Shown here one piece after another: positions 1 through 11,960 of a stretch of 64,000 bases of DNA (positions are counted from its first letter, which is position 1; each line of letters opens with the position of its first letter). Below the pieces are notes generated by a model. The model was not told where the DNA came from. It saw only the letters and a program-made list of their open reading frames with translations, and ran no database searches. The position numbers and the translations under genes are program-made. Source of the stretch: Octopus sinensis (lineage: Eukaryota); NCBI RefSeq assembly GCF_006345805.1, contig NW_021832035.1, positions 136,001 through 200,000 of the forward strand, written 5' to 3'.

Positions 1-136
1 TACTTATTTTATCAACCCCAAAAGGATGAAATGCAAGGTCAACTTTGGCAGAATTTGAACACAGGATGTAAAAATAGATGAAATTCCACTAAGCATTTTC
101 CCCAGCATGTTTACGATTCTGCTAGCTCTCCATCTT
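1..136 (-). mobile_element. SINE family B fragment, truncated by the window edge
   Basis: Diverged reverse complement of the family-B head and core (gatgaaatgcaaggtcaactttggcagaatttgaac...cccagcatgttacgattctgctagctc). Confidence 0.7.
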
Positions 137-619
137 ATTAAGCAACTTATCTGAGAATCCTGTTCTGGTCCTATTGAGTATAAGAGATTTTGTTGGTGTG
201 TGGCTTAAAATTTGAATGTAAAATTTGCTTATAAGCAAGGTGTACCTCCACCTTTGTGTGTAGATTCCTTTGTTGGTTCATCAAAGTAGGGTCATAGGTG
301 AAGGTGTTATTGTAATTATTTCAGAAGCATTTTTGACCTTATTCTGTCCTTTTCTAACTTTTAGCCTTCTCAAACTGATGAAAACCTGTTTCTTTGGAAA
401 CACAAACTATGGATTAATTAACTGTTAAAATGGTGTTAACATATTTCATGTAATGAGCATGGAGCATCAGAAGGTTAATTAAAGATAATTAAGCTGTGAG
501 GAAAAATTATTTCACCAAGTATGAGATGATGATGATAATAATCATAATAATAATAATAATAATCCTTAAATCCTTAAAAATGTTTTAGCCTGAAGGCTGC
601 GGCCATATAATGATAATAA

Positions 620-1615
620 TAATAATAATAATGATACACTCCTGGTTTGTCAGTGCTTGTCAAACTGTCCAACACATGCCAACACGGAAAACAGATGTGC
701 AATAGTATATATAAATAAGTGTGAGAAACAAGTCTACTGGTGGCTTTTCTTGAATGAACAAGATATAAGCCAACAAGGGAACCTCTGTATGAGTAATTTT
801 ACTGCTAGAAATAGCAGTCATGTTTATCTGTAAATTACACCCTGTTGTCTCAAAAGCAGAGAATATGTTGAGTAATGTAACCTTAGGTATACTATCGGTT
901 GGAATGTCATTTTTAGAACCTCTTTGATCACAAGTATACTGGATCAGGACTGTTCTGTGGGGTTAAAAAGAAAATTTGGCAGAAGAAAATATTTTACGTC
1001 TAGAATTGAGAAATCTTTCACTGAGCTTATGCCAATAACATTTTGGGGAATGGCATAAATGTCATGACATCTTACTTCAACTTTCTTGAAACCTGGCATA
1101 GCAATAATAATAATAATATAATAATAATAATGATACACTCCTGGTTTGTCAGTGCTTGTCAAACTGTCCAACACATGCCAACACGGAAAACAGATGTGCA
1201 ATAGTATATATAAATAAGTGTGAGAAACAAGTCTACTGGTGGCTTTTCTTGAATGAACAAGATATAAGCCAACAAGGGAACCTCTGTATGAGTAATTTTA
1301 CTGCTAGAAATAGCAGTCATGTTTATCTGTAAATTACACCCTGTTGTCTCAAAAGCAGAGAATATGTTGAGTAATGTAACCTTAGGTATACTATCGGTTG
1401 GAATGTCATTTTTAGAACCTCTTTGATCACAAGTATACTGGATCAGGACTGTTCTGTGGGGTTAAAAAGAAAATTTGGCAGAAGAAAATATTTTACGTCT
1501 AGAATTGAGAAATCTTTCACTGAGCTTATGCCAATAACATTTTGGGGAATGGCATAAATGTCATGACATCTTACTTCAACTTTCTTGAAACCTGGCATAG
1601 CAATAATAATAATAA
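620..1615. repeat. Near-perfect tandem duplication, about 499-bp unit x2, joined by (AAT)n tracts
   Basis: atgatacactcctggtttgtcag occurs at 630 and 1130. The copies read identically through ...cctggcatagcaat, and ORFs 944-1201 and 1443-1721 share the same C-terminal peptide. Confidence 0.95.
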
Positions 1616-1717
1616 TAATAATATATAATGTCACAAAAACCAATATTAGTAAAACCTTTTGAACATATGATGGCCAGAGAAATAGTTTTTGGTTCTTTCC
1701 AGATTGTTGTGTGCTAA

Positions 1718-1930
1718 TCAATCGTATTGAAAGCTTTCTTCACCTGTTGCTTCAATCCTAGAAATATTGATTATTGGATTCTCAGACCAGCTTTCTTCAG
1801 CACTGCTTTTACATCCTCTTCCTTCATTTCCTCCTTCTACAATGCTGTTGTGTCGTTTGTAACCTTTAATAGTCTCCACTTTTCTTTTTTTGCTACTCAG
1901 ATATTTCTTTGGTATTCTATGCATTTTTAC
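1718..1930 (-). mobile_element. Possible highly decayed RTE-clade LINE 3' fragment
   Basis: The peptide KRKVETIKGYKRHNSIVEGGNEGRG loosely resembles the RTE C-terminal motif (GH..RH.S....EG..EG.R.RG). Weak similarity. Confidence 0.3.
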
Positions 1931-2039
1931 CCTTACATTCTTCTGTCATTTAAAAACTTTCAGACTTCCGATTTGCCATTCAGTCTTGTTGTTGCTCTTT
2001 AACCATAGGTCAACCCTGACCAAATAGATCTGTAGTCAA

Positions 2040-2812
2040 TCCTTTTGCTACCATCCGAGCGTGGTTGTTACCAACGTCGCCTTACTGGCACCTATGGTGG
2101 TGGCATGTGTAAAAGGATTCGAGCGAGGTCGTTGCCAGTACCGCCTGACTGGCCCCCGTGCCGTGGCATGTAAAAGGGCACCATTCGAGCCTGATCGTTA
2201 CCAACGTCGCCTTACTGGCACCTGTGCTGGTGGCATGTGTAAAAGGATTCGAGCATGGTCATTGCCAGTACTGCCTGACTGGCCCCCGTGCTGTGGTATG
2301 TAAAAGGGCACCATTCGAGCGTGATCGTTACCAACGTCGCCTTACTGGCACCTGTGCTGGTGGCATATGTAAAAGGATTCAAGCGGGGTCATTGCCAGTA
2401 CCACCTGACTGGCCCCTGTGCCGGTGGCATGTAAAAAGCACCCACTACACTCTCGGAGTGGTTGGCGTTAGGAAGGGCATCCAGCTGTAGAAACTCTGCC
2501 AAATCAAGATTGGAGCCTGATGCAGCCATCTGGTTCGCCAGCCCTCAGTCAAAATCGTCCAACCCATGCTAGCATGGAAAATGGACGTTAAACGATGATG
2601 ATGATGATGTTTCTGTTAAAAGAATACACTTCTTTTGTTTCTGTCATTTTTGAATATACAGAATTTGGTAAAATAACTGTTATTATTAAACTGGTGTTAG
2701 AAACATAAATTAACATGAAGTTTTCAGGGATGGTTTTAATGTAGATCATTTTAAAACATGAAGTTTATATCAAAGAACTAGAGATGGCCCAGGTGGGTTG
2801 GTATCAAAAGGG
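2040..2812 (+). mobile_element. piggyBac-like (TTAA) MITE interrupted by a GAT-tailed retroelement
   Basis: Left end (aa)tccttttgctaccat and right end ggttggtatcaaaaggg|TTAA match the TIRs of the intact copy at 57493-57715. Removing 2055-2608 restores accat-gtttctgtt. Confidence 0.7.
2055..2608 (+). mobile_element. (GAT)n-tailed non-autonomous retroelement (family E, RTE-related) with a 130-bp internal tandem unit x about 3
   Basis: ttaccaacgtcgcc recurs at 2068, 2198 and 2328. It has the family core ggagtggttggcgttaggaagggcatccagctgtagaaac and ends ccaacccatgctagcatggaaaatggacgttaaacgatgatgatg. Confidence 0.85.
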
Positions 2813-2968
2813 TTAATGACATTCCCACCATGATCATCTCACCTTTTTTTTTTTTTTTTTTTGTGAGTGTGTGTTTAGCTTGTGTAGCCCAGAGTAGATT
2901 ATTCAGTGAAGACCCGTACAAACATATACACATACAATTATATACACGACGAGCTTCCACACAGCTTC

Positions 2969-3202
2969 TTATTTCTTTACTGCCCACAAGGGGCTACACA
3001 CAGAGGGGCCAAACAAGGACAGACAAATGGATTAAGTCGATTATATCAACCCCAGTGCATAACTGGTACTTATTTAATCGACTCCAAAAGGATGAAAGGC
3101 AAGGTTAACCTTTGCGGAATTTGAACTCAGAACATAAAGACAGACGAAATACTGCTAAGCATTTCGCCCGGCATGCTAACGTTTCTGCCAGCTTGCCGCC
3201 TT
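2969..3202 (-). mobile_element. SINE family B, full length, with TSD
   Basis: Head ggcggcaagctggcagaaacgttagc and core tttgcctttcatccttttggagtcgat. Flanked by a 13-bp direct repeat agcttccacacag (2952-2964 and 3204-3216). Confidence 0.9.
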
Positions 3203-3355
3203 CAGCTTCCACACAGTTTTCTGTTTACCAAATTCATTCACCCAACTTTGGTCAACCTGGAACCATAATAGAAGACACTTGCCCAAAATGCTGTACAATG
3301 AGAACTGAACTTGAAACCACATGGATGCAAAGAAAGCTTCTTGACTACACAGCCA

Positions 3356-3756
3356 TGTCTGTTCTTTTTACTCTCTTACTTGTTTCAGTCATTTGACTGC
3401 GGCCATGCTGGAGCACTGCCTTTAATCGAGCAACTCGACCCCGGGTCTTATTCTTTTGTAAGCCCAGTACTTATTCTATCGGTCTCGTTTGCTGAACCGC
3501 TTAGTAACGGGGACATAAACACACCAGCATCGGTTGTCAAGCAATGCTAGGGAGACACACAAACACACACACGCATATATATATATATATACATATATAC
3601 GACGGGCTTCTTTCAGTTTCCGCCTACCAAATCCACTCACAAGGCTTTGGTCGGCCCGAAGCTATAGTAGAAGACACTTGCCCATGGTGCCATGCAGTGG
3701 GACTGAACCCGGAACCATGTGGTTGGTAAAGAAGCTACTTACCACACAGCCACTCC
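3356..3756 (-). mobile_element. SINE family A (tRNA-type head, CORE-like segment, internal TA/TG microsatellite)
   Basis: Reverse complement reads ggagtggctgtgtggtaagtagc...ggttcagtccc...ggcaccatgggcaagtgtcttc...gactgaaacaagtaagagagtaaaaga. It matches the copies at 25719, 43992, 53654 and 61812. Confidence 0.9.
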
Positions 3757-4214
3757 AGCGTTCTGTATATTATTGCCACTCAGAGGTATTTCTGAAATCT
3801 TTCATAGATTTTCAAACCCCACCACACTTGTTTTACACTAATCCTTTAAACCGATCCTCCCAGCATAAATTGCCAACACTCTGGGTCCTCTTCCCACCTA
3901 CGTTTCTTTCATGCCGTTGTCGACCTGCAGTTGTTCAAGTTAGTAATTTGATTTTTCGTTAACATCTAATACAATTAGCAATTAGCAAAGTGTCTCTATC
4001 TTTGTGTTTGTCTGACTCTCTGACCAATACTTCAAAGGCAATGAGCTGCTTTGGTATTTTTACTGTCTGAATTTCATGGAAATACAAAAAAAGCTGTTCA
4101 ATTAGCTGAGCTTATGACGCTTTAGTTATGTCTGTATTTTATGGAAACACTAACAGAATTATTTTTAGTTAGATGGATACCATGTTAAAATATACACACA
4201 ATTTGACTATCTAT

Positions 4215-4685
4215 ACATTGTGTGTGTGTATGCATGTGTGTGTGTATGAATGTATGTGTGTATGAACGCATGTGCTTATGTGTGTATGCATGTACTCATG
4301 TGCATATGTGTGTGTGTGCATGTACATATGTATGTATGTGTGTATGTATGCATGTGCATATGTGTGTATTATACATGTGCATATGTGTGTATGAATGCAT
4401 GTGTATGAACGCATGTGCATATGCGTGTATGTATGCATGTGTGTATGCATGTATGTATGCATGTGTGTGTGTGTGTGTGTGCATGTGCATATGTGTGTAT
4501 GAACGCATGTGCATATGCGTGTATGTATGCATGTGTGTATGCATGTATGTATGCATGTGTGTGTGTGTGTGTGCATGTGCATATGTGTGTATGTAAGCAT
4601 GTGTATGCATGCATGTGTATGTATGCATATGGATAAGTGTATGCATGTCTCCATGTATGTGCATGTATAATATATGTACATGCAT
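4215..4685. repeat. Compound TG/TATG/CATG microsatellite with higher-order duplication
   Basis: Alternating purine-pyrimidine sequence; source of the His/Thr- and Cys/Val/Met-rich ORFs. Confidence 0.95.
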
Positions 4686-6218
4686 ATTTTCATCAAAAGA
4701 GACCAATAGAATAAGTACTAGCCTTAAAAAATAAATCCTGGGATCGATTTGTTCAACTAAAACCTGTGAAGGCAGTGCTCCAGCGTGGCTGCAGTCAAAT
4801 GATTAAAACAAGTAAAACAATAAAAGCGTGTCAGCCAAAAAACATTTACTCTTAAAATGACTGAGTCCTTTGTGATATTTGTTCTGCACTGAGTTACAGA
4901 CACTTCTCTGTTACTGACCATCAGAAATACAGTAAACCAGTCATTGCACTTTGGAAACCTTTAACCAATGAATGATGTTGTTATTCAACAATAGTAATAA
5001 AAAAAAAATAACTACACTCAAATTTTTATATTCATTAATTTATTTTGAAAAGTTTTTTTCTCAAAGAAAACTCCTTTTTGGTTGTTTTGCCATTAAAGTA
5101 ATTTTTAACAAAATCTATTGTCGTAGATTGCAAACAAAATATCTTACATTTAACATTGCCATTGTTGTGGGGTTAACTAATGTAGTTGTCTGCACATTGC
5201 GATAAGGAGGACTTAAGAGATTTCTTTATAATATATAATATATTTTATATCATCAAGATAAATATGAAGGTTGATCTCACAAATTACAAGTTAAAGCAAG
5301 GAAAATTGTTTTAATTGTCACATTTTTTTTATATTAATGTATGTTTAATCAGTAAAATTTTTTTCTTGTAAAAATTTTAATCTCCAATATTGCAGACTTC
5401 AAACTGGGAGATGCTGTTTTAATATTGATTGATGTTTTGCTATAAAATACATTTACTTAGATCTAACATTTATTCCTGAAATGTCTCGCATATTTCTATG
5501 GTAACGCACCGATGTATCTATTCCTAATATTGCGTATGATAACATTACAACCTGGAGCTGTAAATAAATTTAGTAATGTATAGGTGGGTAGTAAGTTCAG
5601 AACACATTTTAGAATTGATCTTTCAATTCTGATATTGCCATTCTGATAAAATAGTTTGTTAGATAGAATTCATTTTTTTATATTTTTCCATACTGTCTAC
5701 TGATTACTTTTAGTATACTTCACAACATAAATTTGATTCATCGACTGAATATCAAATTCCAAATGAAAAAAAAAAAAAAACTAAGTTTTTCATTTATGGT
5801 TATAAAGCATCAAAGCATTTCTGTACATATATGTTCATATATCTTTATATAATTTTTGTTCTTTTTTCAGAGACTAAAACTTTTGCTTGTGGAACATTTA
5901 GTAGAATCTCGTACAAAATTCAGAATAAATTAACTCTGAACATAAAACTGAAAGTAATTTATCAAAATAATTTTATGTAATTATGTTAAAGATACTGTCA
6001 CTATGGTTGGAGACATTTTGTTAACCAGTATGAGAATTTGATATCTCATAATCTGATATCTAAAATAATTGGTCTTAGTATATTTTATAGAAATATCAAT
6101 AAGTGACTTTTAGTTAGTCTGAAGAAGAAAGCAGTAACCATAGTTTATGAAAACTCTTTCTCAGAATGCGTAGAAGTAAGAGAATTGAGCCAGATTTAGG
6201 TGTGAATAGTGCTACAAT

Positions 6219-6490
6219 CACTGGCTCGAGAATGAAATTTGCTTAGAGGGTGCAAACCCAGGTCCAAAAATATTTACAAACAAGGTCTTGTCTTTTTTTC
6301 TGCTATTTATTTTTGTATTTTGATCTTTGAGAAGGAACCTAACTTCAAGCTACTTTTTACACATCACTTTTTATTTACCGTTTTCTAAACCTGAGGAAAA
6401 TAAGTAGGGCTGCAAATTTTGGTTCTGCACTCCACAAAAATTCTAGGGGGTGCACTTGCACCACCTGCACCCCCTGTTCCCGGGCCCATG
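6219..6490 (+). mobile_element. hAT-superfamily MITE
   Basis: Perfect 8-bp TSD gctacaat (6211-6218 and 6491-6498), CA...TG termini, imperfect TIRs. A second copy is at 21544-21798. Confidence 0.85.
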
Positions 6491-6783
6491 GCTACAATTG
6501 AAGAGTGTAGTTGTTGGTAAGAGGAAAATCTGTTAATCTTAATTCTGGATTAAAGTAATTGAACCTAATATCATGTAATTTAGAAGTTCTTTAAGTAACC
6601 AAATTGTTTTCGGGCCAATCCCATTGTGAAGCACCTTAGAAAAGTGTTTTCTGCTGCAACCTGTACACAGCTACTGCTTCACTATACATACCACGCCTTC
6701 TCTATACATAATTACAACCACTTCTTTATTATACAGCTCCTAATTATTTTTTAAGCACTGCTGCTATTACTTCTCTATACACA

Positions 6784-7415
6784 ATCAAATACCTTGGCAC
6801 CATCATTACAGCTACGGGTCAAGGTGAGGCTGACATTAAAACACGAATCGACCTCGCTCGCCAAGCCTTCAACTGACTCAATGCATAACTCTGGTCAAGA
6901 TCTGAGATCCAACGCACCACAAAGGTACAGATCTACCAAGCACTAGTGCGAATGATTCTCCTTTACGGCAGCGAGTCATGGCCGACAAGGGTGGAAGATA
7001 TTAAGCAACTAGAATCTTTCGATCACCTCTGTCTACGCCTCATCTTTCGTGTCTGATGGCATCACTTGATACAATTTGGTGCGACACCAGTGCAAAATCA
7101 CCTCCCTCCCACAAATCATCCTAATGAGACGTCTGCATTGGCTGGGTCATACCCTCCATCGTCAACCAGGAGAATTCATCTACGAAGCAATTGCCCCAGC
7201 TCCCCTTCAGGTTTGGCGAAAGCAATGTGGTGGACAACGAAAAACCTGGCTGATGACAGTCAAGGCTGATCTGAAATCCAACCTAGGCCCCCATATTTAT
7301 GGCATTCGCTGTTGGAATAAGGAGTGGTTGGAGATCACGTGGTTGTTAGCCTCAAATCGCCAGGTCTGGTTGGCGTTTGTGAGAGATGCAACATTGAGGA
7401 TGAATGAAGCCAGCT
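6784..7415 (+). pseudogene. RTE-clade LINE reverse-transcriptase 3' fragment with stops and a frameshift
   Basis: Translates as IKYLGT...TRIDLARQAFN*...KVQIYQALVRMILLYGSESW...FDHLCLRLIF...RRLHWLGH...GGQRKTW...NRQVW, the characteristic RTE C-terminal motifs. Confidence 0.9.
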
Positions 7416-8004
7416 GTCTCAAGACAAGACAAGACTCTATACACAATCACCCTGCAAGTGAAATTGTGTATACGGAAACTATGCAGAAGCCTGTTAGTTG
7501 GATTTTACCTCTACTTTGTTGGTAAACTTTATATGTTACTTGGTTTTATGCCATCACCTGTCTCTTGAGTGATTTCAGTAGAATCCTCTCTTTTCTAAGC
7601 ATTTAAACCAAGTGAGCAGTTTCTTTCTTCCTTCCTTCCTTTCCTCCTCTTTGTTTCTGAGGTTCTACTTGAAGAGTCATAGGTGCCACCTTTTTTCTAC
7701 TGACTGACTATAAACAGTGCGAAAAGAAAAGAAAAACTAATTAACGTCATTAATATTCTATAACCATTTTCCTTTCTGCTACGAAGTTGTGTCTTTGTTC
7801 TTAACTACGAAGGTGATATTAAATATGAAAATTCATAGATAAGTTTAGAAAAAAATATGCAAAATTAAGTTTGAGTATTAGAAAAGAAAGATGCATTATT
7901 TTATGTAAATCTTAACTGGAGATAGAGTAGGGAAGGTGTGTGTGTGTAAAAAATAATAATTGTTAGCTTAGAGCTTATAAGCATTCACCATGCATTGGTT
8001 AAAC

Positions 8005-8181
8005 AAAATAGTCTAATATTGGGGTATATAAGCCTTTAATTGAAAAAAGTGGGTATTATTACATGTGGTAATTGGTTAGAACACTTATCACTAATGTAAG
8101 AGGTGTAGGTTCATTTCCCATCGTACTAATACCCACTTTTTTTCCATCAAGAGCTTACATGTCCCAATATTAGACTATTTT
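8005..8181. mobile_element. Inverted-repeat element (about 58-bp arms) enclosing a degenerate tRNA-like core
   Basis: Terminal aaaatagtctaatattggg / cccaatattagactatttt and inner aaaaaagtgggtatta / taatacccactttttt. The centre 8063-8122 has A-box-like and B-box-like motifs. Confidence 0.65.
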
Positions 8182-8414
8182 CTTTAAAAAATTCCTGGTG
8201 AATGCTTACAAGCTTTAAGTTTATAATAATAATAATAACAATAATTATTATTATTTACAGAATTTTCATTCAAAACTGTTCCTTCATTTAATGCACGACA
8301 CCTGTTTCTGCCTCTGTCTCTGTCAAACTCTGATCTTTCATCACATGACACAAGATCACTTCCTCTAATGCCTCCTCTCTTCACAAAATTTCTTTGTCTT
8401 GTCAAATTACTTGG

Positions 8415-8900
8415 TGACCCTGCCAGTGCTGGTGCCACATAAAACGCATCCAGTCCCCACTGGGAAGTGGTTGACATTTGAAAGGGCATCCAGCTGTAAA
8501 AACCATGCCAAAACTGACTTCGCCTGTGCTGGTGCCATGTAAAAGCACTCAATCCATTCTATGGGGTGGTTGGTGTTAGGAAGGGCATCCAGCTGTAAAA
8601 ATCATGCCAAAACTGACTTCGCCTGTGCTGGTGCCATGTAAAAGCACTCAATCCATTCTACGGGGTGGTTGGTGTTAGGAAGGGCATCCAGCTGTAAAAA
8701 TCATGCCAAAACTGACTTCGCCTGTGCTGGTGCCATGTAAAAGCACTCAATCCATTCTATGGGGTGGTTGGTGTTAGGAAGGGCATCTAGCTGTAAAAAC
8801 CATGGCAAAGCAGACACAGTTGCCTAGTGTAGCCTTCTACCTGACCAGCTCCTGTTAAACCATCCAACCCAGGCCAGCATGGAAGACATATGTTAAATGA
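8415..8900 (+). mobile_element. Family E element with a 99-bp tandem unit x about 3.6
   Basis: aagggcatc recurs at 8482, 8581, 8680 and 8779. Ends ccaacccaggccagcatggaagacatatgttaaatgatg. Confidence 0.85.
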
Positions 8901-8924
8901 TGTTATGTGTATGTGTGTGCATAC

Positions 8925-8979
<55 letters not shown>

Positions 8980-8989
8980 CATATACATA

Positions 8990-9093
8990 CTTTATTTAAA
9001 AGCAGCAGAAATTTAACAAAAGCTGTTACTTGGAGTTTCATGTGAAACTCCGAGTAACAGCTTTTGTTAAATTTCTGCTGCTTTTAAATAAAG
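8990..9093. repeat. Near-perfect 104-bp palindrome (foldback MITE derivative)
   Basis: ctttatttaaaagcagcagaaatttaacaaaagctgttacttggagtttca-tg-tgaaactccgagtaacagcttttgttaaatttctgctgcttttaaataaag: 51-bp arms with one G-T mismatch. Confidence 0.95.
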
Positions 9094-9199
9094 CATATTA
9101 CTCTACCTCTGGTATTTGAGTACTCTTTTTTCCACCTTGTTTCACATTTATGTGTTTACTCCGGTATATATATATATATATATAAATATATATATAGAT

Positions 9200-9842
9200 A
9201 GATAGATATATAGGCTCAGATGTTTTTCTGTGGTTAAAAATTTTGCTTCTCAACTGCATGGTTTGGGGTTCAGTCTCACTGTATGGCAACTTGATACTAT
9301 AGCTCCAGGTTGATAAACAAGTCTCATGAATGGATTTGGTAGATGGAAACTGAAAGAAGCCCATTGCGTGTGTATATGTGACTGTGTGTATGTTTGTGTG
9401 TGTTTGTTTTGATTTCTTGTTATAGTTGTAAATGAGTGTCATTTTCACACAAGCAGTGCCATTCATTTCCGCTATTCTGCAGAAATATGTTTGGGAACTG
9501 GGTTGGTGATATTTTTCAGTCATTGGACTGTTTCCATGCTGAGTTTAGCTGAACAAATTAACCCCACAGCCTATTTTTTATGTCTAGTACTTATTTTATT
9601 GTCTGTTTTGCCAAACTGTTAAGGAAACCTAAATGAATCAACACTAGTTGACAAGTGATAATGGAGAGCCAAGCATAAGGGGACACACACACACACACAC
9701 ACTCAACAGGCCTGCATGCAGTTTCTGGTCACCACATTTGGCCTAGGGCTATATAAGACACTTGCCCAAAGTACCATGCTGTGGGACTGATCTTAACTGC
9801 ACTTTACTGCAAAGTAAGCTTCTTAACCATACAGCATTGCCA
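9200..9842. mobile_element. Two diverged family-A SINEs, tail-to-tail (+ then -)
   Basis: The plus copy has ggttcagtctcactgtatggcaacttg...gatggaaactgaaagaagccc. The minus copy ends cttcttaaccatacagcattgcc. Confidence 0.65.
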
Positions 9843-9938
9843 TATATGTATATATATATATATATATATGTGTATATATAAAAGTAAGATTCTGGTAAAA
9901 ATCTAGTAGAATGCAATGTAAACCTCATCCACACTTCA

Positions 9939-9973
<35 letters not shown>

Positions 9974-10309
9974 ACAGAATCAATTTATCAAATGCAACTC
10001 TTTTACTGGAACTTATTTTGTTGTTCCTTGAGGGATGAATCCTGTGAGATTTTGAATTCCTACTGTAAATGGATGTGATTAAGTATTGTAAGTACATTTT
10101 GCCTGTTTCTGCCATAAATAATGATACAACAATAGAGCAAAGTTTGTATTGCCATTGGTCCCTATTTTTAAACATATGTTATATTAAAAATACTGGTGCT
10201 ATTCAATTTGAAATAATGCATTGATTTAATATTCTATCCTCAATGGGATGTTGAAATCATCTGAAAAGGAAGTTCATTTCATAATGATGAAAACCTTGAA
10301 TCAAGTACA

Positions 10310-10652
10310 TCAACATCAAAATAAATATCAAATGGAAATTGTAGTTGTGATACCTGTGCCGGTGGCATGTAAAAAGCACCGTCCGAACGTGGCCGATGCC
10401 AGCACCACCTTGACTGGCTTCTTTGCCAGTGGCACATAAAAAGCACTATCTGATCATGGCTGCTGCCAGCTTCCCCTGGCACGTAAAAAGCACCCACTAT
10501 ACTCACAGAGTAGTTGGCGTTAGGAAGGGCATCCAGCTGTAGAAACACTGCCAGATGAGCCTTGTGCAGCCTCCTGGCTTCCCTGACCCCAGTCGAACCA
10601 TCCAACCCGTGCTAGCACGGAAACGGATATTAAACGATGATGATGATGATGA
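10310..10652 (+). mobile_element. Family E (GAT)n-tailed retroelement
   Basis: caaatggaaattgtagttgtgatacctgtgccggtggca..., family core, and acggatattaaacgatgatgatgat tail. Confidence 0.85.
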
Positions 10653-11029
10653 TAACCCTGATTTAATCTCATTCTGTGACATCTCGTCCTGAGATGGATT
10701 TGAGCCTTGTGAAGGAAACTGGGTTAACAGAAATTGTGTGGACATACGCTGGATGGATTAACTCTTTAGCATTTAAACCAGCAATAGACAGCCAAAGTAT
10801 TCTGCTTGTTTTATCTTCAAATTTGCCAGATCCTGCCTCTCACACTTATCCTACAATATTATTCTAAAAATAAACAACTGTGTCACTCAAATACCAAATC
10901 TACGATGCATGATTAATTCCAAGCAATGGGAATAAATAAGCATCGCATTTGACAGAGTAACTGGAAAGCTCTTCTTCTTAGACCCCCTTCGGTCATGACT
11001 GACCATAGGATTGCACCTAGAAATTTATA

Positions 11030-11960
11030 CTAAACTATCTAAAGTATAAACGAACTTTAGTATAAACAAACTTATACTAAACTATCACTGTTTGCCCACA
11101 CAAACTTATACTAAACTATCCATGTTTGCCCACACAAACTTTCCTTAAACTACCAATTCTATTGACACCCCTTATTTTCAGTCCAGTGGAGATTTGCCCA
11201 CACAAACTTATACTAAACTATCAATGTTTGCCCACATAAACTTCTACTAAACTATCCATGTTTGCCCACACAAACTTTCCCTAAACTACCAATTCTATTG
11301 ACACCTCTTATTTTCAATCTATTGGAAGTTAGCCTCCACAAATCTCTAATAAATATCAACATTTTCCCACACAAATCCCACTAAATTATCAATTTGACCA
11401 TGAGTACCTTTACTAAGCGGCGAGCTGGCAGAAATGTTAGCACGCTGAGCAAAATGCTTAGTGGTATTTCATCTGTTGTTACGTTCCGAGTTCAAATTCC
11501 ACCGTGGTCGACTTTGCCTTTCATCCTTTCAATGTTGATAAATTAAGTACCAGTTACACACTGGAGTTGATGTAATTGATTTCATCCCTTTGTCTGTCCT
11601 TGTTTGTCCCCTCTGTGTTTAGCCTCTACTGGGCAATAAAGAAATAATATGAGTACCTCTACTAAACTACCAATGTTTGCCCATGCAGTAACTCTACTAA
11701 ACTAGCAATGTTGCCTCCATAAACCCTTACTAAATTACCAATGTTTATCCACACAGACTATTACTAACTAATGTTTGCCCACACAAATCCCACCAAACTA
11801 TCAATGTTTTCCCATATGAACCTCTACTAAACTATATCAATGTTTGCCCATGCAGTACCTCACTAAATTATCAATGTTGCCCACCCACACAGACCCTCAC
11901 TAAATTACTAATGGATTATCCACACACAGACTCTGCCAATATTTGCCTACATAGACCCTA
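11030..11960. repeat. Degenerate about 34-bp minisatellite (cccacacaaacttatactaaactatcaatgtttg) interrupted by a SINE
   Basis: The unit is reiterated with variation on both sides of the SINE at 11417-11648. Confidence 0.85.
11417..11648 (+). mobile_element. SINE family B with 17-bp TSD
   Basis: TSD atgagtacct(t/c)tactaa at 11400-11416 and 11649-11665. Confidence 0.9.

Noticed and set aside
2061-2490. Recurrent ORFs such as VTNVALLAPVLVAC, DGLLSVSVYQIHSQG and FLQLDALP
   Set aside because: Translations of non-coding dispersed repeats; the 130-bp unit shifts frame.
4211-4706. Long ORFs in microsatellites (also 37027-38022, 38420-38845, 42640-43476)
   Set aside because: Stop-free only because of low-complexity repeats; open in several frames and on both strands.
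5380-5950. Several possible splice-site pairs on both strands around 5.1-5.9 kb
   Set aside because: Conflicting strands and frames, and no recognisable peptide.
8085-8100. CTA (amber-suppressor) anticodon in the tRNA-like core
   Set aside because: Position 33 is not U and the D and T arms are degenerate; not a credible functional tRNA.
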